Part shown: one piece after another, positions 1 through 8,619 of the stretch | Numbering within the stretch: the first letter of the stretch is position 1 | Layout: every line of letters starts with the position of its first letter | Assembly: GCA_965197475.1 (NCBI GenBank) | Contig: CBDANF010000003.1 | Span: 2,752,001 to 2,816,000 of the forward strand | Direction of reading: 5' to 3' | DNA length: 64,000 bases | Origin: Candidatus Poribacteria bacterium | GTDB taxonomy: Bacteria > Poribacteria > WGA-4E > WGA-3G | Translations under genes and position numbers: made by a program | The notes under the pieces: model-generated | What the model saw: only the letters and a program-made list of their open reading frames with translations | Databases searched by the model: none | What the model was told of the DNA's origin: nothing

Positions 1-423
1 ATATTGGGTAATCGCTTCAATAACCGAGCTATAAGGGGGTGAGACATCTCCACCAATCCAACAATGAAACAACTCATGCACAAAAAAATGGTACGCTAAA
101 TCTCGTTCTCCTTGTGTAAGACCATAGTTCGGTGGAAATTCACAAATAAATTTAATTTCTATAGTGTTATCTTCAAGGGAATGGATTGCTTTGTTGATCT
201 CAGCTCTTGCACTCAACTTGTTAACTGCACAGATTCGGTCTTCGATTTCAATAATAATATCCAAGCCTGGTCCCATGAGTTTTTCAAATTCATGATAGGC
301 TTGTTCTAATAATTCAAGCACCGTTTCAGGTGTCCACGGACGCTTTGCTTCTGTTTTATAGATAAAATGCTCTGAAGATGCACTTGCGACCCATTTCCTA
401 TTCATCATTGGTGGAATTTCCAT
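1..423 (-). CDS. Gluzincin-like metallopeptidase (M1/M61-type motif); runs off the window edge
   Basis: Not in the ORF track. Manual translation from ATG at 423 is open to base 1: MEIPPMMNRKW...YHFFVHELFHCWIGGDVSPPYSSVIEAITQY, i.e. HExxH plus a downstream E. Confidence 0.65.
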   Translation of the reverse strand, partial: MEIPPMMNRKWVASASSEHFIYKTEAKRPWTPETVLELLEQAYHEFEKLMGPGLDIIIEIEDRICAVNKLSARAEINKAIHSLEDNTIEIKFICEFPPNYGLTQGERDLAYHFFVHELFHCWIGGDVSPPYSSVIEAITQY

Positions 424-449
424 AATCGTCTTGGTGAAGTGCAAAAAGA

Positions 450-3029
450 TTAGGAACGTCTCATGTCAATACGCCGTAGTGCAATATCAATAAGCAACAA
501 GAATAGGGCGGTGATAAGGAAAGGTCGCCACAGATGAATTCGAAGGACTACGGGATTTTCTGGGGCACGAAACGCATCCTCGGCAGAAATATTGAATTTT
601 CCATCAGACACGGTTGAGAGCTGCGTTAGCAGCGGTTCATTAGCGTTGTGAACAAGATACTCTTCAGGATAGGAGACAACAGTCCCAGTTACTTGAGTAT
701 TGACGATTTCTCCTGCCTGTTTCTGCATGATGTTCAAGAAATAGGGACCGACCTCTTGCGTTGGAAAGTCAAGCTCATACCGTCCAGGCGAGGTTTGGGA
801 GACCGTTAGCTGCTTCTTTTTGAGATCTGGACCAATAAGCGAAATTTCGCTATCCAATTCGTTCAGAAACTCACCGGTTTCACTGAGCGCATCAATAGCA
901 AGATGTGCAACACCTTTTTCTTTCGTGATTTCAGCTTGGAAATTGCTAAGTGTTGTTTTTCGCATTGTATCACGGACTAGCTGCGTCCAAAATTTGCCAT
1001 AGCCGGGCCATTCTAACCAATCCGAAGCCCATCGCGCTTTAGCATCGGATGTGAATGCGGCAACTTTTCCTAAACCGTATTGCCAACTTGCCAGAACAGG
1101 ATCCCCACGGTCGGAAACAAGAAAAATTTCAGCAGTGGGACGTGGTTGGGTTGCTACGTACCCGAGTAGGAACGGTGCAAGTTCAAGATCAATACCGCTC
1201 AACGCTTGGGTCGGTTTAATGCGTTGCGGTATAAAAGGCACGTCAATGATAGCAGATTTTGAAGCGGTCACGGTCTCTTTTGCAAATATCTGCGGCACGT
1301 TGTACGGGTCTTGTGTAAAATAGTCACGTCCGCCGCCCCATTTTGCCAGATCACCAAGCATATTCATGTCTGCACCACTGCCGATCCCCACTGTGGAAAT
1401 CGTGATACGTTCCGAGTGCATAGAATTTGCGATGCCATACCAGTCCCCAGGTTGAGAGTGCCCATCACTCAAAACGATGACGTGCTTCAGTTTGGCAGTT
1501 GTCTCAGTCAAGGCATAATACGCCTGTTGCAGTGCCGGATACAGATTAGTGCCACCACTTGCCACGATTGACCCAACCTGATTCGAAATGAACGCTTTAT
1601 CTGACGCGTCATGCATCTCTGTAATCCAGAACGAGGAACCGTCAAAAGCGATAACACCAATTTTATCGCGCTGCCCAAGCAGTTCTACAGTGGCGCGTGC
1701 TGCCTCTTTTGCTAATTCAATCTTAATACCACCCATACTTCCAGATTTGTCTATCACCAACACCATCGCTAAAGAGGGGGTTTCCTTCTTCTTTTCAGTG
1801 TCGGTGCGTACAGGCAAAATCTCTTCAATTGGGGTTTTATAGTAGCCGCCAAGTCCATAACTGTTTTCGCTACCGAGCATCATGAAGCCGCCACCAAGGT
1901 CCTGCACATAAGTACGAATAAGTTCCATCTGCTTTTCGTTGAGGCGGTTAGCAGGAACGTCACTAAAGATTACAAGTTCATAGTTTTGTAGATCCGCAAG
2001 CTCATCCGGAACACCCAAGCCATTACGAACATCAACGCGAATCTTTGCATCCTCAAGCACTCGCGTTAAGTATCGGGTTTGCGACTCGTTCTCATCAATT
2101 AGGAGAATTTTGGGTTTACCGGAGACAGATACGATACCGAATGCTCTATTGTTGTCATAGCGAGTATCCTGTGTTGATCGGCAGATTACGTCGTAGGTCA
2201 ATGTGCCGCTTTCCATAGAGGTTTCAGAAAAAACCACACGATTTTCACCTTCAACAAGCCGCACCTCCTTTTTAGATGCCTCAAATTTGTTCTTGGACAG
2301 ACGAATTTCAGCAATATCCTCATGGTTGCTGTGGATAAGCACTTCAAGATTAAAGGGAGCACCCTGTTTTACCTGTGCAGGTGCTTCAATTCGCTGCACC
2401 ATTACTTCAGGTTCATCACTTGGATATATCGGCACCGTGTCAATCTGTATACCGAACTCTTTCCCGCGAAGTCCGGTGTGTATCGCATCACCTTGTGTCT
2501 CAATACCGTCCGTTATAAGGACAATGCGCTTGTTTGCGTTCGCCGGAAAAACACTCCAGGCTGTTTCAATTGCTTGGGCGATATTTGTCGTGTCACCAAC
2601 GTCTTCATCAACATCTAACCAAGCTTGCTTAGTATCAGCGAGCTTTAATTCACCTTCAAATTTTTGCTCATTTTCAGCCTGAGAGGTTTGAAGTATTTCC
2701 GCTTTATCTGTAAACGCTATTATACCGGTTTGCTGAGTCCCAGTACGTAATTTGAGTGCTTCGTTGATAAAATCTGTTGATTTTGTCAAGCCATCTTCTG
2801 AAATGCTATCTGAAATATCCGTAAGGAACATAACTGCTAATTTATCATCAGTTTTCAGGTATTGGACATCCGCTACACTCAAGATAAGGAGCAGCACAAT
2901 GATGATTCTGATACCCAGGCTAATCAACCGCTGGGGACGTGACAAATCTACAAGGCTGCGTCGGTAACCATAGTAGAGGACAGGCAGCAAAAGTAGCAGT
3001 AAAAGCAAAAGTGGTCGTGTAATTTCCAT
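450..3029 (-). CDS. Membrane-anchored protein with two VWA domains and a GATase1-like domain
   Basis: MIDAS motifs DISDS and DKSGSMGG, LITDG/VLSDG, N- and C-terminal TM helices, GGGFMMLG segment. Confidence 0.85.
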   Translation of the reverse strand: MEITRPLLLLLLLLLPVLYYGYRRSLVDLSRPQRLISLGIRIIIVLLLILSVADVQYLKTDDKLAVMFLTDISDSISEDGLTKSTDFINEALKLRTGTQQTGIIAFTDKAEILQTSQAENEQKFEGELKLADTKQAWLDVDEDVGDTTNIAQAIETAWSVFPANANKRIVLITDGIETQGDAIHTGLRGKEFGIQIDTVPIYPSDEPEVMVQRIEAPAQVKQGAPFNLEVLIHSNHEDIAEIRLSKNKFEASKKEVRLVEGENRVVFSETSMESGTLTYDVICRSTQDTRYDNNRAFGIVSVSGKPKILLIDENESQTRYLTRVLEDAKIRVDVRNGLGVPDELADLQNYELVIFSDVPANRLNEKQMELIRTYVQDLGGGFMMLGSENSYGLGGYYKTPIEEILPVRTDTEKKKETPSLAMVLVIDKSGSMGGIKIELAKEAARATVELLGQRDKIGVIAFDGSSFWITEMHDASDKAFISNQVGSIVASGGTNLYPALQQAYYALTETTAKLKHVIVLSDGHSQPGDWYGIANSMHSERITISTVGIGSGADMNMLGDLAKWGGGRDYFTQDPYNVPQIFAKETVTASKSAIIDVPFIPQRIKPTQALSGIDLELAPFLLGYVATQPRPTAEIFLVSDRGDPVLASWQYGLGKVAAFTSDAKARWASDWLEWPGYGKFWTQLVRDTMRKTTLSNFQAEITKEKGVAHLAIDALSETGEFLNELDSEISLIGPDLKKKQLTVSQTSPGRYELDFPTQEVGPYFLNIMQKQAGEIVNTQVTGTVVSYPEEYLVHNANEPLLTQLSTVSDGKFNISAEDAFRAPENPVVLRIHLWRPFLITALFLLLIDIALRRIDMRRS

Positions 3030-3303
3030 ATTTCCGTGTTATTTTAGAGAAGTTTTGATAGTGACGGCGGAGTGGGTTGATAAGTCTATCCAACGTTAAA
3101 AGTATACCATAGAAATTCTGAGGATAGCAACACAAATTAGGGCATTTCAGACCTATCCAATTGTCACGAAATACGCTTACGGGAGGACTTTCTAACCCCG
3201 ACTTTGTGGATAACAGACAGAATCCCGATTCCTACATGCAAAACCAAAACCTGAATGTCTCTGTACAATCAGGTTAATTGGGATAGTTCCCAAACTAATG
3301 GAG

Positions 3304-3400
3304 TGTCTACCGAAATTTTGCGGGTAAAGGTCGCTATTCGGAGATCGCTCCTACAGAACAACCCTCTTTGTAGGAGGGAACTCTGATTCCCGACTACTGA
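3304..3400. repeat. GTAG-type REP doublet
   Basis: gtcgctattcggagatcgctcctac (3330-3354) and gtaggagggaactctgattcccgac (3370-3394); same units at 8471-8534 and about 50937-51003. Confidence 0.75.
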
Positions 3401-3814
3401 CACTACTCACAATTTTAACCCAAGTTGCTACGGACAAGATTTTAGACATGCAGACACCGTTTTAATCGAAAATAGTTCATTATTCGGTAAGATTTAGTAG
3501 CACAAACTGTCAGTTTGCGCACTCACAAACACAATCTAAATGAAGATTAAAAAATAAATTCGGCTGACATTTATCAGAATAACGGAGAATCCACTAAATA
3601 TCACTACAAAGAGGGTCTCAAGCCATGAAAATGCGTTTATTTTGAAAATTTGCCTTGATTTAAAATGCATGAGTTGCCATCCTAATTATAAAATTCATAT
3701 ATTGATTATACTTAGGAGGACATCTCATGCATCAACAGATTATCAAATCTGTGAAGTTTTTTCAACACGAACTCAGGTTCGCTCACAATCCACCCATAGA
3801 TTGAAAGGATCGCA

Positions 3815-4189
3815 ATGCCGAATTACCCCCCGATTTTTAGACCTTTGACGGAAGAAGAGATGCGTGAGAAAGAATTTAGTGAGGAGATGATCGTTTATGC
3901 GAATGAGCTCACGCAACAGCGCGATTTATTGCTCGCTCAAGCCATCCGCGAGCTTGGTAAAAATGTTAATCTATACGCTGATCACAATAAATATAAATCT
4001 GATAATATCGTCAAAGGTTATCAGATCACATCGCTTCAACAGCAATTAGCTCAAGAAAAAACTGCATCGGCTGAAGTGAAGAATCAACTCGCGTGGTTCA
4101 AAAAACGATACGGCTCGCAGGTTAATCCCACAAGTAAAAATAAACTCAATTTCTTCCAGCGGTGGATAGCGAAACTTGCAAGGATATGA
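3815..4189 (+). CDS. Hypothetical coiled-coil protein; the frame stays open past the TGA to 4387
   Basis: 124-aa ORF with a heptad-like Q/L/E-rich segment; 65 further sense codons in frame after TGA 4187-4189. Confidence 0.5.
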   Translation: MPNYPPIFRPLTEEEMREKEFSEEMIVYANELTQQRDLLLAQAIRELGKNVNLYADHNKYKSDNIVKGYQITSLQQQLAQEKTASAEVKNQLAWFKKRYGSQVNPTSKNKLNFFQRWIAKLARI

Positions 4190-4409
4190 TGGATAGATCA
4201 ATTCAACGCTCTCACCCCCGCATATCGTGTGCGATACCTGCTTGAAGAATTCTTGCGTGCTTATGATAGTAACGATTCAGAACAGCAGGTTTCTGTGTCA
4301 GAGCTGCTGGATGGCACAGTGGACAAGATATTATGCGCGCTCAATATTCCTAAACCTGAACCGGTAGGGGATGAATTCCCCTGGTAAAGACGATCTTCCT
4401 CCAAAGGCA

Positions 4410-4451
4410 AAAACCCCCGCTTAGTAGGTGTGGGGGTTTTTTGTTTTGTTT
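4410..4451. terminator. Intrinsic terminator, probably bidirectional
   Basis: aaaacccccgc-ttagtaggt-gtgggggtttttt between convergent ORFs. Confidence 0.7.
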
Positions 4452-4453
4452 CA

Positions 4454-5647
4454 CTAATGGTGCGTGGCGGCTTGGGGACAATTCGGGCTGCCATCATAGC
4501 ACATATCGCAATTCGGAGTCTGGTCCGGATCATTTATAAAACCGACACCGTTGGGACCGTAGACAGATACCGGAGGCGCGGTTGTATCGCCACCGCCACA
4601 ATTGGACTTATACCCCCTAATCCCGCTCACCCAATAAACATAACGACCGCGATAATCTGTGGTAAAGGAATAATACGGCACATATACATGATCAGCCTTT
4701 GTGGCGGGATCATCGCACTTGCGATACGGTTTGCCACAGACACCTAATACTTTCATCCCTACAATGCCTGGCCGATAGGTTATTTTTATTTTACAATACT
4801 TAACCTCATGCTTATCTACATCCCTCGGACGACACGTCCAGTACGTATCACTACAGCCTAAACAACACGCTTGGTGAATTGTCGCATACTCCGCCAGCAT
4901 ATTAAGCGGTGCTTCTGTGCCAATTACACGTGTTATGGGATCCCTGATTAGAGGTATTCCTAGGGCAGTCCACTCTGCGTTTCCGATATCGCTTAGTGTA
5001 TACTCGCGGTTATGCCACCAATCATTACAAGCACCACCACATCTAACACCAATCGGAGGGATATTCTGTTGCATGGTGGATAAGTCATCCAGGTCGTTCT
5101 TAGGTGGCACAGGATTCGGAGGGTTATCGTTCTCGTATTTGTGTCTCCAACGCTTTGCGTATTCTTCGTAGAACTTATCCCTATCGGAATAGGCACCGGC
5201 GATCTTATTATTTTGAGCATCTATCTCAACCCACTTGTCTATAAACTCAAGGTAAATCTCAAAATGTTTACCTTCATCAAGCAGATCTGAAATTTTATCC
5301 ACAAGCACTATTATCCCAGCAAGCCCAGGTTTTTTCCCTGCTAATAAAGGAATACCAACACCTTTAGCTGCGTCACGAAGTCCTGATCTGTCACGATCCA
5401 GACCTTTTTGAATAGCGTCCTTTTCGTATATCAACAGAGACAATTCAAATCTTGCTGTGAGCAATTTGAGGTCATGATCGGTTTTTGCCGTGTATGTCTC
5501 ATCAAAAGTCGTAATCGTATGCGTTGATCCATAGCTGGTTGGGATGTTAACAGACGGCAGCTCGTGAGCAAAGCTGGGCGTTGCTAACGGAATCACAATT
5601 ACACACATCGCAAGAATGAGGCGGTGTAAATGTTTGAAGTTTAACAT
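4454..5647 (-). CDS. Secreted Cys-rich hypothetical protein
   Basis: Signal peptide ending PSFA; helical N-half; C-half with many CxxC/CxxxC motifs. Confidence 0.7.
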   Translation of the reverse strand: MLNFKHLHRLILAMCVIVIPLATPSFAHELPSVNIPTSYGSTHTITTFDETYTAKTDHDLKLLTARFELSLLIYEKDAIQKGLDRDRSGLRDAAKGVGIPLLAGKKPGLAGIIVLVDKISDLLDEGKHFEIYLEFIDKWVEIDAQNNKIAGAYSDRDKFYEEYAKRWRHKYENDNPPNPVPPKNDLDDLSTMQQNIPPIGVRCGGACNDWWHNREYTLSDIGNAEWTALGIPLIRDPITRVIGTEAPLNMLAEYATIHQACCLGCSDTYWTCRPRDVDKHEVKYCKIKITYRPGIVGMKVLGVCGKPYRKCDDPATKADHVYVPYYSFTTDYRGRYVYWVSGIRGYKSNCGGGDTTAPPVSVYGPNGVGFINDPDQTPNCDMCYDGSPNCPQAATHH

Positions 5648-5655
5648 TAGACATT

Positions 5656-6696
5656 AGACATTATAACTAATTAGTTGTCCGTTTGGTTAGTCTCTATTAT
5701 ACTTATTACAATCGGACAATAGGAGGCTAACTCATGATAAGTTTTCAAGAACTAAAGGACAAACCTGATACGCTCCTGTCCCTCACCGGATATACCTTAG
5801 AAGATTGGACTGAACTATCACCTTATTTTACTAAATGTTTTTTAGAGTATGTTCAAACACATACCCTTGCAGGAAAACCGCGCAAAAAACGGAGATATAA
5901 ACCGTATAAAAATAGTCGTTTTGATACACCTGAAGATATGTTGCTATTTATACTGATTTACCTTCGTGAAGCACCGAAACAAGTGCTATTCGGTGCGCTC
6001 TTTGGCATGTCTCAACCTCTTGCTAATAGATGGATTCACTTGCTTTTATCGATATTGAACAAAGCATTAGCAGAACTTGGAGAGTTGCCATCTCGGGAAA
6101 CAGACCCCGCCCCTATATGTGCTCCATCAAAAGTATCAACTCAAAATCAAGAAGGAGAACATTTTTTTCATGATAGCACCGAACGCCCGATACGACGCCC
6201 AAAAGACCCGTCAACTCAAAAGGCGTATTATAGTGGTAAAAAGAAATGCCATACAGTGAAAAATAATCTGATTATCAATGAGACCTGCAAAGTCGTCCTA
6301 TTGACACCTTCTTTTGAAGGAAGACACCCTGACAAACACATAGCCGATATGGTGGGCTATTGTGTGCCACAGGGTAGCACATTGTCCCAAGATACCGGTT
6401 TTCAGGGTTTCGTTCTCCCGGATATAAACATCATTCAACCGAAGAAAAAACCGAGAGGTAGAGAACGGACGAATGAAGAAAAAGAAAACAATAGAAAGAT
6501 AGCGTCTATACGCATACGCGTTGAACATGCGATTAGTGGTGTCAAAAGATGCCGCATTGTCAAAGATAAACTCAGGAATTGGAAGAAAGGGTTTTGTGAT
6601 TTAGTTATGGAAACTTGTTGTGGTTTACACAACTTCCGACTAAACTTTAGACCCTGGCGTTATGAAACTCCTGTTATTTAAATCATTATAATGTCT
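5656..6696 (+). mobile_element. IS5-family (ISL2-like) insertion sequence
   Basis: TIRs agacattataa (5656-5666) / ttataatgtct (6686-6696); flanking 3-bp att at 5653-5655 and 6697-6699. Confidence 0.8.
5734..6681 (+). CDS. IS5-family DDE transposase (HTH_Tnp_4 + DDE_Tnp_4 type)
   Basis: DSTERPIRRP, YYSGKKKCHTVK, DTGFQG and RIRVEHAISGVK motifs. Confidence 0.9.
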   Translation: MISFQELKDKPDTLLSLTGYTLEDWTELSPYFTKCFLEYVQTHTLAGKPRKKRRYKPYKNSRFDTPEDMLLFILIYLREAPKQVLFGALFGMSQPLANRWIHLLLSILNKALAELGELPSRETDPAPICAPSKVSTQNQEGEHFFHDSTERPIRRPKDPSTQKAYYSGKKKCHTVKNNLIINETCKVVLLTPSFEGRHPDKHIADMVGYCVPQGSTLSQDTGFQGFVLPDINIIQPKKKPRGRERTNEEKENNRKIASIRIRVEHAISGVKRCRIVKDKLRNWKKGFCDLVMETCCGLHNFRLNFRPWRYETPVI

Positions 6697-6697
6697 A

Positions 6698-7312
6698 TTA
6701 TTTATCATCTCCTTCGTTATGGACGGGACCTCGGATTATCGGGGACATATCTGAATCCTGACTCATGGTTTCAATTGCAGCTGAGATTTGAGCTGAGGCA
6801 TCTCTGATTTTGGCATCTACTGCACGAGCAGCATCCTGCCACTTTGCATCAAGTTCTGGCGATGCTGTTTCATGATCAAAATCAGGATGTTCCTTCAAGA
6901 AGTTATACATATCTATTCTCAGTTCGAAAAATGGACTGCTTGCTATATGATCCATCAATATCTGGTTTCTTTCACGCGCCGTCTTTGCTGCTGTTAGAGG
7001 CACCGGCACGCCTTGTGCTACAGGTAGGTGTGGTTCACCCTGCCACACATCTGGTGCGTCTATTGGCACTTGATGGTGGTGATCCCCATGCCGAACCCAT
7101 TTGTATCCAGGTTCCGCGGGGCCCAAGTCGTTCTCTGCTACCGGTTGATCGGTTGTTTTCGGTTTCTGACTATCTTTCAACTTCTGTTGGGCAGCTTCTA
7201 AGTCGGCTTTGAGTTGCCGAATTTCTGCGCGCTCGTGTTGCATAATAAAAACAAACGCTGTAATAAAAATGACCATGAAGGCTCCAAGCCCCCAGTAAAA
7301 TTTACTGTTCAT
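6698..7312 (-). CDS. Membrane-anchored His-triad-like protein
   Basis: N-terminal TM helix, coiled coil, WVRHGDHHHQVP (HxxHxH-like). Confidence 0.7.
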   Translation of the reverse strand: MNSKFYWGLGAFMVIFITAFVFIMQHERAEIRQLKADLEAAQQKLKDSQKPKTTDQPVAENDLGPAEPGYKWVRHGDHHHQVPIDAPDVWQGEPHLPVAQGVPVPLTAAKTARERNQILMDHIASSPFFELRIDMYNFLKEHPDFDHETASPELDAKWQDAARAVDAKIRDASAQISAAIETMSQDSDMSPIIRGPVHNEGDDK

Positions 7313-7363
7313 AATTTTCCTCCATTTTTTCGTAGATACTGTTAATATACAATTTTTGCAGTT

Positions 7364-7669
7364 TTAATGCAAATTGTTTAAAGGGAGCTTTTTGACATCA
7401 GCATCGGGGTTGATGCGTTCTGCATCGGGCCACATGAGCTTGTAGAAGTCGACGAGGTCTTCTATGAATGACTTGAGCTCTTGCGGTGTGCGCCAAATAA
7501 GTGCTGCTGTAACGGGCATAGGGATTTCTCCAATTTCATCGATATAGAAAAGTACGTCGGTCGGTTCTTGATCTTGGTCGTGGACTCCGCCTAACTCTAT
7601 ATGGTAATTGGTAATTTCAAGCATATTATCAATAATTTTTCCATCAGTCTGTAGTGTTCTTTTGCTCAC
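7364..7669 (-). CDS. Hypothetical protein
   Basis: 101-aa ORF overlapping the upstream ORF end; no motif recognised. Confidence 0.5.
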   Translation of the reverse strand: MSKRTLQTDGKIIDNMLEITNYHIELGGVHDQDQEPTDVLFYIDEIGEIPMPVTAALIWRTPQELKSFIEDLVDFYKLMWPDAERINPDADVKKLPLNNLH

Positions 7670-8213
7670 CTGCTTTCTCTGCCTCCTTTAATTTTTTGAA
7701 GTGTGCCTGTATAGTGTTATAGCTTATGTCGAATTCAATGGAAATTTTCGTAAGCGTATCCCCTTTGCGAAATCTGGCATACTCAATTTCATCCCAAATC
7801 ACTTTTGGGATTCGCCTACCTTGTTTTCGCTGAGTATATGCTTCAACGCGCCTCTCTTTGAAATAATCTACAGGTGTTTTACCATATTTTCTGGCAAGAA
7901 CTCGGCATAATAACCTATGCACCGTTGACTTTGATAAGTTTGTTTCAGCGGCGATTTTTAACAATTCTGACGGGTTTGGCAACCGATGGATTTCATCAAG
8001 GATAACCCGTCCGCTCCCAATACTATCAAGAAATCCTTGCGGGTCTTCCATTAATCGTCTAACGCGCGGTAGTTCACAGTCAAAATATATAATATCGGGT
8101 AGTGTCTGACATAGGCAAGTTTTTCCAACTCGGCGCACGCCTGATAACCATACGACCGAACGGCGTTCCAAAGCAGTTTCAATACGATTAAGCCAGAATT
8201 GTCTTTTTACCAT
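7644..8213 (-). pseudogene. Chimeric ORF: truncated AAA_14-type ATPase fused to an HTH DNA-binding region
   Basis: Walker A GVRRVGKT and Walker B ILDEIH, then an abrupt switch at LLKIAA to ETNLSKSTVHR and a second HTH (LTKISIEFDISYNTIQAH). Confidence 0.65.
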
Positions 8214-8226
8214 ATATTGATGATAT

Positions 8227-8302
8227 CAGATAGTGCTACTATATGTCAACTCTATTTGCATATAGTAGCACTATCTGTCAACTCTGTTTGCATATAGTAG
8301 CA
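8227..8302. promoter_or_regulatory. Palindrome plus tandem repeat upstream of the ATPase/HTH ORF
   Basis: Perfect 19-bp inverted repeat 8227-8245/8259-8277; 27-bp direct repeat 8244-8270/8276-8302 with one mismatch. Confidence 0.6.
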
Positions 8303-8306
8303 ATTT

Positions 8307-8394
8307 TATACCTAATTTGTAGCGCAAGGTCTCTGGGTTCTCCTTGCAGTGCTGACTTTTTCAAAAGACTTCTAATCAAGTTAATTTGGTATTA
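8307..8394. mobile_element. MITE with tatacc...tggtatta ends
   Basis: Same ends at 11625-11700, 39751-39830 and 54064-54155. Confidence 0.55.
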
Positions 8395-8396
8395 GA

Positions 8397-8587
8397 TCAG
8401 AGGCATTCAATTGTCAAGTTTTCCCAATTAATTATCATGAATTATCCAATTAACATTACGGTAATGAATTGTAGGAGGGAACTCCGATTCCCGACTATCA
8501 ATGCTTTTCGTCGCGATTCGGAGATCGCTCCTACAAGAAGAAACATAAGTTAGAATGTGCAATTAATAGACAATTGAATGCCTCTGA
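8397..8587. mobile_element. MITE-like element enclosing a REP doublet
   Basis: Perfect 19-bp TIR tcagaggcattcaattgtc/gacaattgaatgcctctga; REP pair at 8471-8534. Confidence 0.65.
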
Positions 8588-8619
8588 GTATTAGATAGGG
8601 GTGTAGAGATGATTTTAGT

